A stretch of DNA of 64,000 bases, taken from positions 1,251-65,250 of the forward strand of contig JAFTYO010000052.1 of the NCBI GenBank assembly GCA_017464685.1, given 5' to 3'. Both the position numbers and the translations under genes were made by a program. This document shows, in pieces, positions 21,006 through 30,651 of the stretch. Source of the DNA: Alphaproteobacteria bacterium. Its GTDB lineage: Bacteria; Pseudomonadota; Alphaproteobacteria; RF32; CAG-239. Position 1 is the first letter of the stretch. Each line of letters starts with the position of its first letter. Below the pieces are notes generated by a model, which worked only from the letters and a program-made list of their open reading frames with translations, was not told where the DNA came from and ran no database searches.

Positions 21006-21516
21006 CTGTTTGTTCCTTATCTTCAATTGTTTTTTCATCAAAATCAAAAGGCTCTACGAGTTGGCTTTCTTCTTTGATTTGAGCATTGTTGATTTGTTGT
21101 TCAAGCTCTTGCCTTTTTTTATCAAGTTCTTCCATATCTTTTGAAAGATACGGATTTTCTTCATAAAACTTCAACAATTCCTCATCATCTGGTACAATCT
21201 CGGGATCAATTTCGGGATCAAAGAAATAATTTGACCACGGTGTAGACTGTTCGCCTTTAACCCAATTTGTAAGCCCCTTTGCCACAACTTTTGCATCACA
21301 ATATGTATTTTCGATTATAATTTTTGCAAGGATAAACGAACTTTGTTCCTTATTTTGCAACATTTTAGCAGTCACTTCTTGAGTACAAGGAATAAAACCT
21401 CGATTAAGTTTGTCTGTTTTGGGTGAAAACAATACACACAAAAACACCGTCAAATACAATATGATAAAAATTGTAATAAGAGTAGTAAACCAATATTTTT
21501 TAACAAAATTAAGCAT
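20995..21516 (-). CDS. Hypothetical membrane-anchored protein with acidic C-terminus
   Basis: N-terminal TM segment (WFTTLITIFIILYLTVFLCVLF). Its 3' end overlaps the pepF start by 11 nt, which suggests an operon. Confidence 0.55.
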   Translation of the reverse strand: MLNFVKKYWFTTLITIFIILYLTVFLCVLFSPKTDKLNRGFIPCTQEVTAKMLQNKEQSSFILAKIIIENTYCDAKVVAKGLTNWVKGEQSTPWSNYFFDPEIDPEIVPDDEELLKFYEENPYLSKDMEELDKKRQELEQQINNAQIKEESQLVEPFDFDEKTIEDKEQTDDK

Positions 21517-22240
21517 TTTTTCTGTTCTCTAAAAACTTTTCCAACATAGCCAATTCTTCACGAGTGTTAGCACTGGCAACTTCTTTTTCATCACCTTCAA
21601 AAGCCGTACATTTTAAGCCCATTTCGGAAGCAACTTTAACCGCATCGGTAAGATAATATTCACCAGCAGCATTTTCATTGCCTATTTTATTTAAAATTTC
21701 AAACAAAACTTTACCGTCAAAAGCCATAAATCCCGAATTGCAAAAATTAATGGTTCTTTCTTCTTCGGTTGCATCTTTATATTCTACGATTCTATCTAAC
21801 ACATCACCTTTCATAACCAAACGGCCATATCTGGCCGGATCTTCCGGCCTAAAGCCCAATACAACCACAGAGTATCCTTCTTTTACTTTATTAACCGAGC
21901 GCTCAAAAGTTTCTTTTTTAATCAACGGAGTGTCACCGAAAATAACCATAATCGGGCCATCAAAATCTTTTAACAAAGATGCACTGCAATTTACAGCATG
22001 CCCTGTTCCCAGTTGCTTATCCTGAACACAAGTTTTATACGGAGCTACTTCTTTTTTCACAATGTCACCATCGGGCGCAATTACAGTCACAATTTCATCT
22101 ACTTTCATTTCTTCCAGTGTGTCGATAATATGTTTTACCATGGGTTTACCGCATACAGGCATCATTACCTTGGGTAAATCAGATTTCATACGAGTACCTT
22201 TTCCGGCACCTAATATAATTGCAGCAATTTTATTGTTCAT
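21509..22240 (-). CDS. Sugar-1-phosphate nucleotidyltransferase, GlmU N-terminal-domain-like (no LbH acetyltransferase domain)
   Basis: Motifs AAIILGAGKGTRMKSDLPKVMMPVCGKPMV, QLGTGHAV, FGDTPLI and GEYYLTD match the GlmU uridyltransferase domain. The protein is only 243 aa. Confidence 0.75.
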   Translation of the reverse strand: MNNKIAAIILGAGKGTRMKSDLPKVMMPVCGKPMVKHIIDTLEEMKVDEIVTVIAPDGDIVKKEVAPYKTCVQDKQLGTGHAVNCSASLLKDFDGPIMVIFGDTPLIKKETFERSVNKVKEGYSVVVLGFRPEDPARYGRLVMKGDVLDRIVEYKDATEEERTINFCNSGFMAFDGKVLFEILNKIGNENAAGEYYLTDAVKVASEMGLKCTAFEGDEKEVASANTREELAMLEKFLENRKNA

Positions 22241-22328
22241 AAATATTCTCCTAAGTTTTAATTTTTTTTAATATTCTATATTATATGATACACAATATGT
22301 TTGATTAGTTAATATCAGGAATAATTTT

Positions 22329-24404
22329 ATGAGAAAACTTTTTTTTGCAATTTATTTCATTATTTTTAGTACAAATTCGGTTAATGCAAAAGTTGAAACT
22401 TTGGATTCAGCCGCCCAAGATCGGAAAACACCGCAATATACAGATCCGTTTCAGTCGATTACGGGTATGCCTGATCCTAATAATCTAGAGGAAGTTATTA
22501 GCTTTTTCAGAAATCGGTTTAAAAATGCCAGTGTTTCAACTAAAGAGCAAATGGGCGATTTAAGTAAGCTGGGAACAATGGATATTCAGCATTCGGAAGA
22601 ATATATAAAAGAATTACAACAACAAAATAAATCTACTTTTGAAAAAATTTATGAAGCAGCAATGCAACGTATTTCGGATAATGCTCAGCCTAACAACAGA
22701 CAACAAACTGTTTTTTACAATCAATTACAAAATAATATTGAGCAAATCCCTCAAGAGGCTGCCGATCTAGCGGTAGTTGATGTAGTATTACCTACAGGAA
22801 CTAAAATTATTGCACCTGCAATGGAACACATTCCTTATATTCTTACTTCCATCAACATTTTACCCACCGGGCTCATCAAGATTGAGGAGGAAATAACTGT
22901 AATTGCAAACAATCAAAAACTCAGAGACGGTCTGATTAAAATTTTGCCTAAGTTTTCAACATCAAGGACAAAAGTAAAGAAAAAACTGGATATAGATTTA
23001 ATAAGCGTATCGGTAAACGGAAAATATATTGATCATATTTTAGAAGAAATCGGTGATAAAATTTACATTAAACCAATAGAAAAATATACTCTGGCACCAG
23101 GTGTTTATAATTATAAATTCAGTTATTTTCTGGATAGAAAGCTCTGGTATTATGATGACTTTACTGAGTTTTATTGGGACGTAAGCGGAAGTTATTTAAA
23201 TTTGGTGATAGGCTCTGCCAATGCAATTGTTTCAATTAGTGACGGAAAAAACTTTTTATCACAAAACACTTTTATAGGCCATGCTAATAAATTATCAAAT
23301 AATAGGACTGTTATTGCAAAGTTAGATTCAAATGCTTTGGGATTTGCTTCTGCAACACCATTACTTCCCGGTGAGGGTATGCACATCTTAGTATCTTTGG
23401 ATAAAAATGCGTTTTTAGCTCCGGATATAAATAGGACATTTGTGTGGTTTGTCACAGACTACGGAGATATCTTTTTTGCATTGTTAGGATTAGTATTTAT
23501 TTTGGGAGCCTATATGCTTTCGTGGAGCTATATTAAGAAAAATAAAACTAAAACACCTATAACTTTTAATAATAGTGCTCCGAGTAACAGATATTTTATA
23601 AAAAATATTTTTGACAGCAGATCTTTTGTGGCTTTCCTTTTAGATATGAAAAAAAGACAATTTATTGATATTCAAAAACAAGACAACAATATTTTATTAA
23701 TTAAAAAAACCGATAATTTTTCTTCCCTTAAAAAAGGAGAACGTAAGGCTCTTAATAACTTATTTTTAGGAAAAGAATCTGTTATAAATGCAAATATTTC
23801 CAATGCATTAAAATTTAAACGTGCCTATCAAGAACTTAAAAAGAGCACTTTATCAGGAGTTAAACGTCTTGGTCTGAAGTTAAATATCGGCTACTTAGGA
23901 TTTAGTGTCGGTATGTTTATTTTGGCTATAATTGCTATTTCAATGCTAGGTATAAACGGATGGCAAACCGCAATTGTATTAATATCATCCAGCATGACTA
24001 TATCTTTTTATACCTATATGTTAAAAAAGAAATTTCGTTCAAAAACTGTATCTTGTATAATTAAGTTCTTTGGAACTATATTTATAATTTTTTCGATTTT
24101 ATTAATGAGTATATATATACATCTTATTAGCGCAATTATATTAACCTCAATTATATATACAATTTTTGAATATTCTGCTTTGTTTACTAAAAGAGGAGGT
24201 CTATTGAAAAATAAGATTAAAGAAACTGAAAAATTAAAATCATATCTTGAAAAAAATGTATTGAGTATATCTATTTCACAAGAATTTGTAAATCAACAAG
24301 CAAATATATATGCTTTTGAGATTGATGATTTATACATAAAAACCGATAAAAACCGAAAATTTTATTTGCTAGATATTGCAAAGGAAATTGAAAATATAAT
24401 ATAA
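22329..24404 (+). CDS. Large membrane protein, DUF2207-like architecture
   Basis: 691 aa with a signal peptide, an extracytoplasmic domain of about 370 aa, then several TM helices. The family assignment is from memory of the architecture only. Confidence 0.4.
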   Translation: MRKLFFAIYFIIFSTNSVNAKVETLDSAAQDRKTPQYTDPFQSITGMPDPNNLEEVISFFRNRFKNASVSTKEQMGDLSKLGTMDIQHSEEYIKELQQQNKSTFEKIYEAAMQRISDNAQPNNRQQTVFYNQLQNNIEQIPQEAADLAVVDVVLPTGTKIIAPAMEHIPYILTSINILPTGLIKIEEEITVIANNQKLRDGLIKILPKFSTSRTKVKKKLDIDLISVSVNGKYIDHILEEIGDKIYIKPIEKYTLAPGVYNYKFSYFLDRKLWYYDDFTEFYWDVSGSYLNLVIGSANAIVSISDGKNFLSQNTFIGHANKLSNNRTVIAKLDSNALGFASATPLLPGEGMHILVSLDKNAFLAPDINRTFVWFVTDYGDIFFALLGLVFILGAYMLSWSYIKKNKTKTPITFNNSAPSNRYFIKNIFDSRSFVAFLLDMKKRQFIDIQKQDNNILLIKKTDNFSSLKKGERKALNNLFLGKESVINANISNALKFKRAYQELKKSTLSGVKRLGLKLNIGYLGFSVGMFILAIIAISMLGINGWQTAIVLISSSMTISFYTYMLKKKFRSKTVSCIIKFFGTIFIIFSILLMSIYIHLISAIILTSIIYTIFEYSALFTKRGGLLKNKIKETEKLKSYLEKNVLSISISQEFVNQQANIYAFEIDDLYIKTDKNRKFYLLDIAKEIENII

Positions 24405-24406
24405 AT

Positions 24407-24440
24407 AAAAATCCCCTTGTTTTATATAACAAGGGGATTT
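24407..24440. terminator. Bidirectional intrinsic terminator
   Basis: AAAATCCCCTTGTT-TTATAT-AACAAGGGGATTTT, a 14-bp stem between convergent genes. Confidence 0.8.
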
Positions 24441-24455
24441 TTATTTATAAGTAGA

Positions 24456-24947
24456 TTAAGATACTTGCCACTTAATAGCCCAAACAGACGAATGAATAGC
24501 AGGATAGAATTTACCGGAAAGTTGAATTTTTTCCTTATTTTTGCCGGAATAACCAATATCCATAAAAACATCTCCATAGGTTTTTGATGACCAAACCTGA
24601 CAACTATTACCGATATATTTCAATTCAAAAGTCTCATCTTTAATATCAAGAGGTTCAACAAAAACTCGACCTTCTTCATCTTTTGTTTTAGGATATACCT
24701 CACTGATTATGCAAGGGATATATGTAGGTAAGGCACGATTAGTAAATTCACGAAAATCTGTACATACATAATCGTTGATATCTTCTACAGGCTTTTTATC
24801 TATACCGACAAACATTCCGGTTTCTCTGATAATAAAACCTTGCAGACCGATAATGCGATTAACTGTCTCACTTTTCTGTTTTACTCCACAAAATAAAACA
24901 ACCGTAAGCACTACAAATGCAACAAAAAAAATAATAAAAATACTCAT
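24456..24947 (-). CDS. Hypothetical protein with N-terminal TM anchor
   Basis: 163-aa ORF with N-terminal hydrophobic segment IFIIFFVAFVVLTVVLF. Confidence 0.5.
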   Translation of the reverse strand: MSIFIIFFVAFVVLTVVLFCGVKQKSETVNRIIGLQGFIIRETGMFVGIDKKPVEDINDYVCTDFREFTNRALPTYIPCIISEVYPKTKDEEGRVFVEPLDIKDETFELKYIGNSCQVWSSKTYGDVFMDIGYSGKNKEKIQLSGKFYPAIHSSVWAIKWQVS

Positions 24948-25011
24948 AACTTCTAAATTATATGTTTATGGCAACAGTCTTATAATGTTTGTAAAAAAAT
25001 GTCAAGTTTTT

Positions 25012-25365
25012 TTACATTACGCACCAATCTCCCTTAGTGAGCCATTTAGTTACTTTGTTATTTACAATAATGAAGGTTGTATTACACCATTGATTTGCAA
25101 TATATGTCGGTGAATATGTAGTTGTATAATTATTTGCTCCGTTATATGTTGTATAAGCAGTACCAGGTATAAAGTATGATTGCCTTTTTTTCCAAGTTAA
25201 ATATTCGGTTTTTGCATTCAACCTGTATGTGCTGTCGGGCACACCCATAGCATCAATTAAAGCAGCTTTATCCATACCGATATATGTATCAAGATAGGCT
25301 GCATATTTTTCATGTGTAGCACAAGAACTTAAAAAAAGCACCAATAATAAAATTATCTTTTTCAT
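25012..25365 (-). CDS. Lipoprotein (hypothetical)
   Basis: Signal peptide with lipobox: MKKIILLLVLFLSSC. Confidence 0.6.
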   Translation of the reverse strand: MKKIILLLVLFLSSCATHEKYAAYLDTYIGMDKAALIDAMGVPDSTYRLNAKTEYLTWKKRQSYFIPGTAYTTYNGANNYTTTYSPTYIANQWCNTTFIIVNNKVTKWLTKGDWCVM

Positions 25366-25724
25366 ATCCGTATCCTTTGTTTATATAGCTTATTTTATAT
25401 AATTAATTGTTTATTTTTAAACTAAATTTATTAATATTTATTCATAAATATAAAAATTCCCACATTGAAACAAAAAACTTGTTCTTTTATATTAAAGAGA
25501 AACAAGTGTTAATTTACGATCCAAGATATTCTCCACAGATGTTTATATCCGTAGAGATTTCTGAACTTTGCTGACAACAGCATTTTTTGACCGACAACGG
25601 GAGATTTAAAAAAACTCAGTCGTTTAATTACAATCTCTCCATATTTTTTGGAAGAAAGCAAAATATTTTTAGCCTTGCAAAATGATTCATATTGGCTTAT
25701 TTTTTGTGTTAGGGAGAAAATAAT

Positions 25725-26663
25725 ATGTCAGAATTTAACTCAAAACTTATTATCATAGGCTCAGGTCCCGCCGGATATACTGCCGGAATTTATGCCGCTC
25801 GTGCTGGACTAAATCCAATTCTTATATCCGGAAACCAAATCGGCGGACAACTCACAATGACAACTTTTATCGAAAATTTTCCAGGTTTTTGTGAGCCCAT
25901 AACCGGACCTGAACTGATGGAAAACATGAAAAAGCAGGCTCTAAATAGCGGCGTAAAAATTGTAGATGATAAAATCACCGAGGTAGATTTTGTAAACAGA
26001 CCGTTTGTTTTGAGTTCCGAAAACGGCAATTCGTTTACTGCTCAGGCAATTATCATCGCTACCGGTTCATCAGCCAAGTGGCTTGAGCTCGATTCGGAAA
26101 AGAAATATATCGGATTTGGTGTTTCAGCCTGTGCAACTTGTGACGGATTTTTTTACAAAGACAAAATCGTTGCTGTAGTTGGCGGCGGCAATTCGGCAGT
26201 TGAAGAAGCCTTATACTTAACAAATTTTGCCCAAAAAGTGGCTTTGATACATCGTAGAGATATTTTAAGAGCCGATGCCTTAATGCAAAAAAGATTAAAA
26301 AACAATCCAAAAATAAGTATAATGTATGATAGTGTCATAAAGGAAATAATTGGTACAGAAACCCCAAAATCCGTAAATGAAATTGTGGTAAAGAATGTTA
26401 AAACCGATAATATTCAAAACCTACAAGTTGATGGAGTTTTTGTAGCCATCGGACACAAACCGAATACGGATATATTCAGAGAATATTTAGAGCTTGATGA
26501 AACCGGTTATATAAAAACAAAACCTGAAAGTACTCAGACAAACATTGACGGTATTTTTGCCGCCGGTGATGTAAAAGATCCTCGTTTCAGGCAAGCCATA
26601 ACTGCCGCAGGAAGTGGTGCAATGGCAGCTATGGAAGCCTCAAAATATTTATCACAAATTTAA
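25725..26663 (+). CDS. trxB: Thioredoxin-disulfide reductase
   Basis: Motifs GSGPAGYTAGIYAAR, redox-active CATCDG, GGGNSAVEEA and GIFAAGDV. Confidence 0.95.
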   Translation: MSEFNSKLIIIGSGPAGYTAGIYAARAGLNPILISGNQIGGQLTMTTFIENFPGFCEPITGPELMENMKKQALNSGVKIVDDKITEVDFVNRPFVLSSENGNSFTAQAIIIATGSSAKWLELDSEKKYIGFGVSACATCDGFFYKDKIVAVVGGGNSAVEEALYLTNFAQKVALIHRRDILRADALMQKRLKNNPKISIMYDSVIKEIIGTETPKSVNEIVVKNVKTDNIQNLQVDGVFVAIGHKPNTDIFREYLELDETGYIKTKPESTQTNIDGIFAAGDVKDPRFRQAITAAGSGAMAAMEASKYLSQI

Positions 26664-26697
26664 TAACCATTATTATATGAATTGCAACTATTGGCAT

Positions 26698-26768
26698 TAC
26701 CTCAAATTTGATTTAGCCCAAAAATCAATACACTTTAAACTTGCAAAAAAAAAAAAACGGTTTAGAAT
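26698..26768 (+). promoter_or_regulatory. Putative promoter module: TACCTCAAATTTGATTTA box, TTGCAA -35, A13-containing 16-nt spacer, TAGAAT -10
   Basis: -35 at 26741-26746 and -10 at 26763-26768. A-run at 26745-26757 (13 A). The module is repeated at 49356-49424 upstream of a second surface-protein gene. Confidence 0.55.
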
Positions 26769-26799
26769 GTGAAAAAATATACATTATGGAGTTAGTTTG

Positions 26800-27429
26800 A
26801 TGAGAAAAGTTTGTGAGCTCGGCCGTTCAATGGTTGAGATGTTGGGTGTGTTAGCCATAATTGGAGTGTTATCGGTCGGAGGTATTTCCGGTTATTCAAA
26901 AGCAATGTTTAAGCATAAGATGAATAAACAAATGGAACAGCTTAATACTATTATCAGTTCTATTACACGTTTTAAACACGAACTTAAAAGATCTTCTCCT
27001 GATGGTTCGTATATTGAAGTTATTCCTATTCTAAAGAAAATGGGAGAAATTCCTGAAGATATGTATATTGAAAATAATGATAGATATATTCAAGATGTTT
27101 TTAAAACCAGATACCAGGCCTATTATCAATTAGCCGGCGGTGATTTTGTTGGTATGTATGCTACTACTCACACGACTGCAATGAATAATTTTATTGATAT
27201 GTGTAAAAATGCACATCTGATTGCTAAAGACTGGCGTCAAGAACTATCTTTAATTCAAATTTTAGATACGAATTTAAAGTCAATATATCAGCTTTACGGA
27301 GATAAACGTTGTGATACTTCTAAAAAATGTCTTAAAAACTTAAAAATTACTGACATTGACGATTTATGCCGAATGTGTGAAGAAGAAGACTGGTGTGGTT
27401 TTTATTTTATTTGGCATGTTAAAGATTAA
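26800..27429 (+). CDS. Prepilin-type (type IV pilin/pseudopilin-like) protein
   Basis: The N-terminus MRKVCELG/RSMVEMLGVLAIIGVLSVGGISGY has a Gly cleavage site, Glu at +5 and a hydrophobic helix. The C-terminus is Cys-rich. GGAG lies 8 nt upstream of ATG 26800. Confidence 0.75.
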   Translation: MRKVCELGRSMVEMLGVLAIIGVLSVGGISGYSKAMFKHKMNKQMEQLNTIISSITRFKHELKRSSPDGSYIEVIPILKKMGEIPEDMYIENNDRYIQDVFKTRYQAYYQLAGGDFVGMYATTHTTAMNNFIDMCKNAHLIAKDWRQELSLIQILDTNLKSIYQLYGDKRCDTSKKCLKNLKITDIDDLCRMCEEEDWCGFYFIWHVKD

Positions 27430-27536
27430 TTGCTTGTAAAAGCGAGGCTTATGAAGCAAGAACGAACCTTGGTTCGAACTCCGCCGAGGTTTAAAAAATG
27501 AAACGACCTTAAGCTCACCTTAAAGTCGTTTGAAAC

Positions 27537-27613
27537 TGGCGCGCTCGGCGGGGTTCGAACTCACAACCTTCTGATCCGTAGTCAGATGCTCTATCCAATT
27601 GAGCTACGAGCGC
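27537..27613 (-). tRNA. tRNA-Arg (anticodon ACG), CCA encoded
   Basis: The reverse complement folds by hand. Acceptor GCGCTCG/CGAGCGC, anticodon stem TCTGA/TCAGA with loop CT-ACG-GA, T loop TTCGAAC (one A-C mismatch in the T stem). A minus-strand terminator hairpin (AAACGAC...GTCGTTT plus a T run) follows at 27492-27531. Confidence 0.85.
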
Positions 27614-27791
27614 ATAACAAAGACCTTAATAATGCAAAACAATTTATTTTGCAAGCATTATTTTTATTTTTTTCAAAAAAAATTTACATAACAATAAAAA
27701 CTTGTTAACACTTGTTTTTTTAACTTTAGATTTTGTGTATCTGTGATATTGTTTATCTCAGTTAACAATAACTTTTTAATGGTCAAAAACA

Positions 27792-28910
27792 ATGAAATTT
27801 AAAATTGAAAGAGCTACTTTATTAAAAACTCTCAGCCATGTTCAGAGCATTGTTGAGAAAAGAAACACAATTCCGGTTTTATCAAATGTTCGTATTGAAG
27901 CCATGGGTGACGGTATCAGCTTTAAGGCAACCGATATGGACACTGAAATTACTGAAATTACCGATGCAAAGATTATTGAGCAAGGTGCAACAACAGCTCC
28001 CGCTCATATGCTTTATGACATTGTCAGAAAGCTAAGTGACAGCTCAGAAGTTGAGCTTACATTCCCTGATGAAAAAGGTCAATTAAGCATTGCGTCCGGT
28101 CGTTCAAAGTTTTCGCTTTCTACCATTGCGGTTGAAGATTTTCCGGTTATTTCAGGTGATGCATTACCTACCAATTTTGCTATGGCAAAAGAAGAACTTA
28201 AAGATGTTATCGACCGCACACAATTTGCCGTTTCAACAGAAGAAACCAGATACTATTTGAACGGTCTTTACATTCATGCCAAAACGGAAGGACAAACCAA
28301 TGTATTGCGCATTGTAGCAACCGACGGTCACAGACTTGCCTGTGTCGAATCGCCACTTCCTAGTGGTGCCGAAAAGATGAGTGGTGTAATTGTACCCAGA
28401 AAAACCGTTGCCGAAGTCAGAAAACTTCTTGATGACACAAAATCCGAAACAGTGGCAATTTCACTTTCTGAGAACAAGATTCGTTTTGTTTTAGAAGATG
28501 TAACTTTAACTTCAAAGCTCATTGACGGTACATATCCTGATTATGAAAGAGTTATCCCGACCGACAATGATAAAATTTTGGAAATCGGGGTTAAAGAGCT
28601 GTCTTCAGCTGTTGACCGCGTTTCGGTTGTGGCCGAAAGAACAAGAGCTATCAAGTTGATTACAGGTAAGAACCATATTGTGCTTACAACTTCAAGTCCT
28701 GATTTAGGAAGTGCTTTGGAAGAATTGGAAGCAAAATATGAAAATGATGCTTTAGAAGTCGGTTACAATTTCCGTTATTTGTTAGATATTTTATCTGAAA
28801 TCAAAGGTGAAAATGTTAAAATCAGTTTTTCTGATGGGTCATCACCTTCGGTTATTCATGATACATCTGATGCAAGTGCTATTTATGTTTTGATGCCGAT
28901 GCGTGTATAA
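27792..28910 (+). CDS. dnaN: DNA polymerase III beta sliding clamp
   Basis: 372 aa. Motifs MKFKIERATLLKTLSHVQSIVEKRNTIPVLSNV and C-terminal YVLMPMRV. Confidence 0.95.
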   Translation: MKFKIERATLLKTLSHVQSIVEKRNTIPVLSNVRIEAMGDGISFKATDMDTEITEITDAKIIEQGATTAPAHMLYDIVRKLSDSSEVELTFPDEKGQLSIASGRSKFSLSTIAVEDFPVISGDALPTNFAMAKEELKDVIDRTQFAVSTEETRYYLNGLYIHAKTEGQTNVLRIVATDGHRLACVESPLPSGAEKMSGVIVPRKTVAEVRKLLDDTKSETVAISLSENKIRFVLEDVTLTSKLIDGTYPDYERVIPTDNDKILEIGVKELSSAVDRVSVVAERTRAIKLITGKNHIVLTTSSPDLGSALEELEAKYENDALEVGYNFRYLLDILSEIKGENVKISFSDGSSPSVIHDTSDASAIYVLMPMRV

Positions 28911-28924
28911 GCGAGGTGTTTTAA

Positions 28925-30136
28925 TTGGATAATTTGGCAATTAAAATCAGTGAGGTTGTTAAAGAAAAGTCAGGTGTTTCTCGCCTGACTTTAACCGACT
29001 TTAGAAACTATGCGTATTTACGCATAAACGCTGATTTATGCCCAATTATTTTAACCGGTGAAAACGGAAGCGGCAAAACTAACATATTAGAAGCCATTTC
29101 GTTTTTAACCCCCGGACGAGGTTTAAGAGGAGTAAGGCTTGCCGACATTAAGCGCATATGTCCTGCCCTTGTTGGCGCAGAATACAGAGCACCTGCCGAA
29201 TCGCTTAATTGGGCAGTTTCCGGAATCGTGAAAAAAAACAATGAAGAATATGTTTTGGGTACGGGTGCACAAAAAAATCAACGAGAAACCGAAGATGAAG
29301 TCAGAACTTTTGAAAGGCGAATTGTTCAAATCAACGGACAAAAAGTTTCATCACAAGCAGATTTGGGTAAATATCTTTGTGCAATTTGGATAACTCCGCA
29401 AATGGACAGATTGTTTTTGGGAGGTACACAACCCAGACGCAGCTTTTTAGATAGAATCGTATATGCGTTTGATGTAGAACACGCAAAGCGAATCGCCAAT
29501 TTTGAACATCTTTACAGACAGTGGTATCAACTTTTGAAAAACGGCTCAGCTGATAATGGTTGGTTAACCTCGTTGGAAGAAGAAATGGCTTGCTTAGGGG
29601 TGGCAATTGCGGCTGCTCGCCGTGAATTGGTGGCAAGGTTGAACACATTTATCACCCATGATCCCGATGATGTATTCCCCGATATTATGCTTGAACTTGA
29701 CGGCACAATTGAAAAAATGCTTGATAAAATGGCAGCCGTTGATGTGGAAGATTTTTATATCAACAATTTGAAAAAGTCTCGTAAAAGTGTTGTTACAAAC
29801 GATTATGTTGACGGAGTAAACAGAACGGATTTCAAGGTATATTATAAGAAAAAGCATATGCCGGCCGAACTTTGCTCCACCGGTGAGCAAAAGTCTTTGC
29901 TTATCAGCATAATTTTGGCTCAAACAAAATGCCAAATTTTAGATAAGGGGTTTGCTCCGGTTTTGCTCTTAGATGAAGTTACCACTCACTTAGATGATAT
30001 CAAAAGAGATGCTCTTTTGCACAAAATAAAAGACTTAAAACTTCAAGCTTGGATTACATCAACCGAACATCAAATTTTTGATGTATTAAAAAACGATGCC
30101 CAATTTTTTAGTATTAAAAACAATCAAGTGTTTTAG
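28925..30136 (+). CDS. recF: DNA replication and repair protein RecF
   Basis: Motifs FRNY...GENGSGKTNILEAISFL and STGEQKSLLISIILA...LLLDEV. It sits immediately downstream of dnaN, with a TTG start per the track. Confidence 0.9.
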   Translation: MDNLAIKISEVVKEKSGVSRLTLTDFRNYAYLRINADLCPIILTGENGSGKTNILEAISFLTPGRGLRGVRLADIKRICPALVGAEYRAPAESLNWAVSGIVKKNNEEYVLGTGAQKNQRETEDEVRTFERRIVQINGQKVSSQADLGKYLCAIWITPQMDRLFLGGTQPRRSFLDRIVYAFDVEHAKRIANFEHLYRQWYQLLKNGSADNGWLTSLEEEMACLGVAIAAARRELVARLNTFITHDPDDVFPDIMLELDGTIEKMLDKMAAVDVEDFYINNLKKSRKSVVTNDYVDGVNRTDFKVYYKKKHMPAELCSTGEQKSLLISIILAQTKCQILDKGFAPVLLLDEVTTHLDDIKRDALLHKIKDLKLQAWITSTEHQIFDVLKNDAQFFSIKNNQVF

Positions 30137-30268
30137 GAAAAATCGTCCAAGCATTTTCCGATTTTTTAAAAATTTATCTTTTATCAAGATTATATTTATG
30201 TGTTGCCTTTTTTTCTTTTTTATGAGACAATCAAAGTATAAAAGAATTATTATAAGAAGTATATTGCA

Positions 30269-30610
30269 TTGTTTTTGATATGCAAGAGCTTTAGGATTCG
30301 CGATTATGAAGGCGGCTTGTGGCTTCGTATCCTAAGATATATCGGCTCGATATTAGGTATATCCATATTACTGGCCTTTGCCAATGCTGTTTTATATTTG
30401 GCAGGATACCTTGTTTCGTGGGTTTTCGGACTCGATCTTTTGAGTGTGGGAACAAATGTATTTATAGGTCTTGTGATTCTGGCAATTGTTATTGCGATTG
30501 TTGCCGTATGCGGCTACATTAAAGACAATGGTTGGACAAAAGCTCTGAATAATTTTGTCAGAATTTCGGGCATATTGCTGGTGATAACCCTCATAGGCTG
30601 CCTGATATAG
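30269..30610 (+). CDS. Small integral membrane protein (hypothetical)
   Basis: Three hydrophobic segments. The start is uncertain (TTG 30269 per the track, with an alternative downstream TTG). Confidence 0.45.
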   Translation: MFLICKSFRIRDYEGGLWLRILRYIGSILGISILLAFANAVLYLAGYLVSWVFGLDLLSVGTNVFIGLVILAIVIAIVAVCGYIKDNGWTKALNNFVRISGILLVITLIGCLI

Positions 30611-30625
30611 TGGATATTTTAGCTG

Positions 30626-30651
30626 AAAGGCCTCTTTTCTAAGAGGCCTTT
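30626..30651. terminator. Bidirectional intrinsic terminator
   Basis: AAAGGCCTCTT-TTCT-AAGAGGCCTTT between convergent genes. Confidence 0.8.

Noticed and set aside
25529-25537. Possible DnaA boxes / oriC near dnaN (for example TTCTCCACA at 25529-25537, and a 12-nt inverted match AACAAGTGTTAA at 25501 / TTAACACTTGTT at about 27705)
   Set aside because: There is only one weak box-like 9-mer, no cluster, no dnaA gene and no AT-rich unwinding repeats that I could discern. The evidence is insufficient to call an origin.
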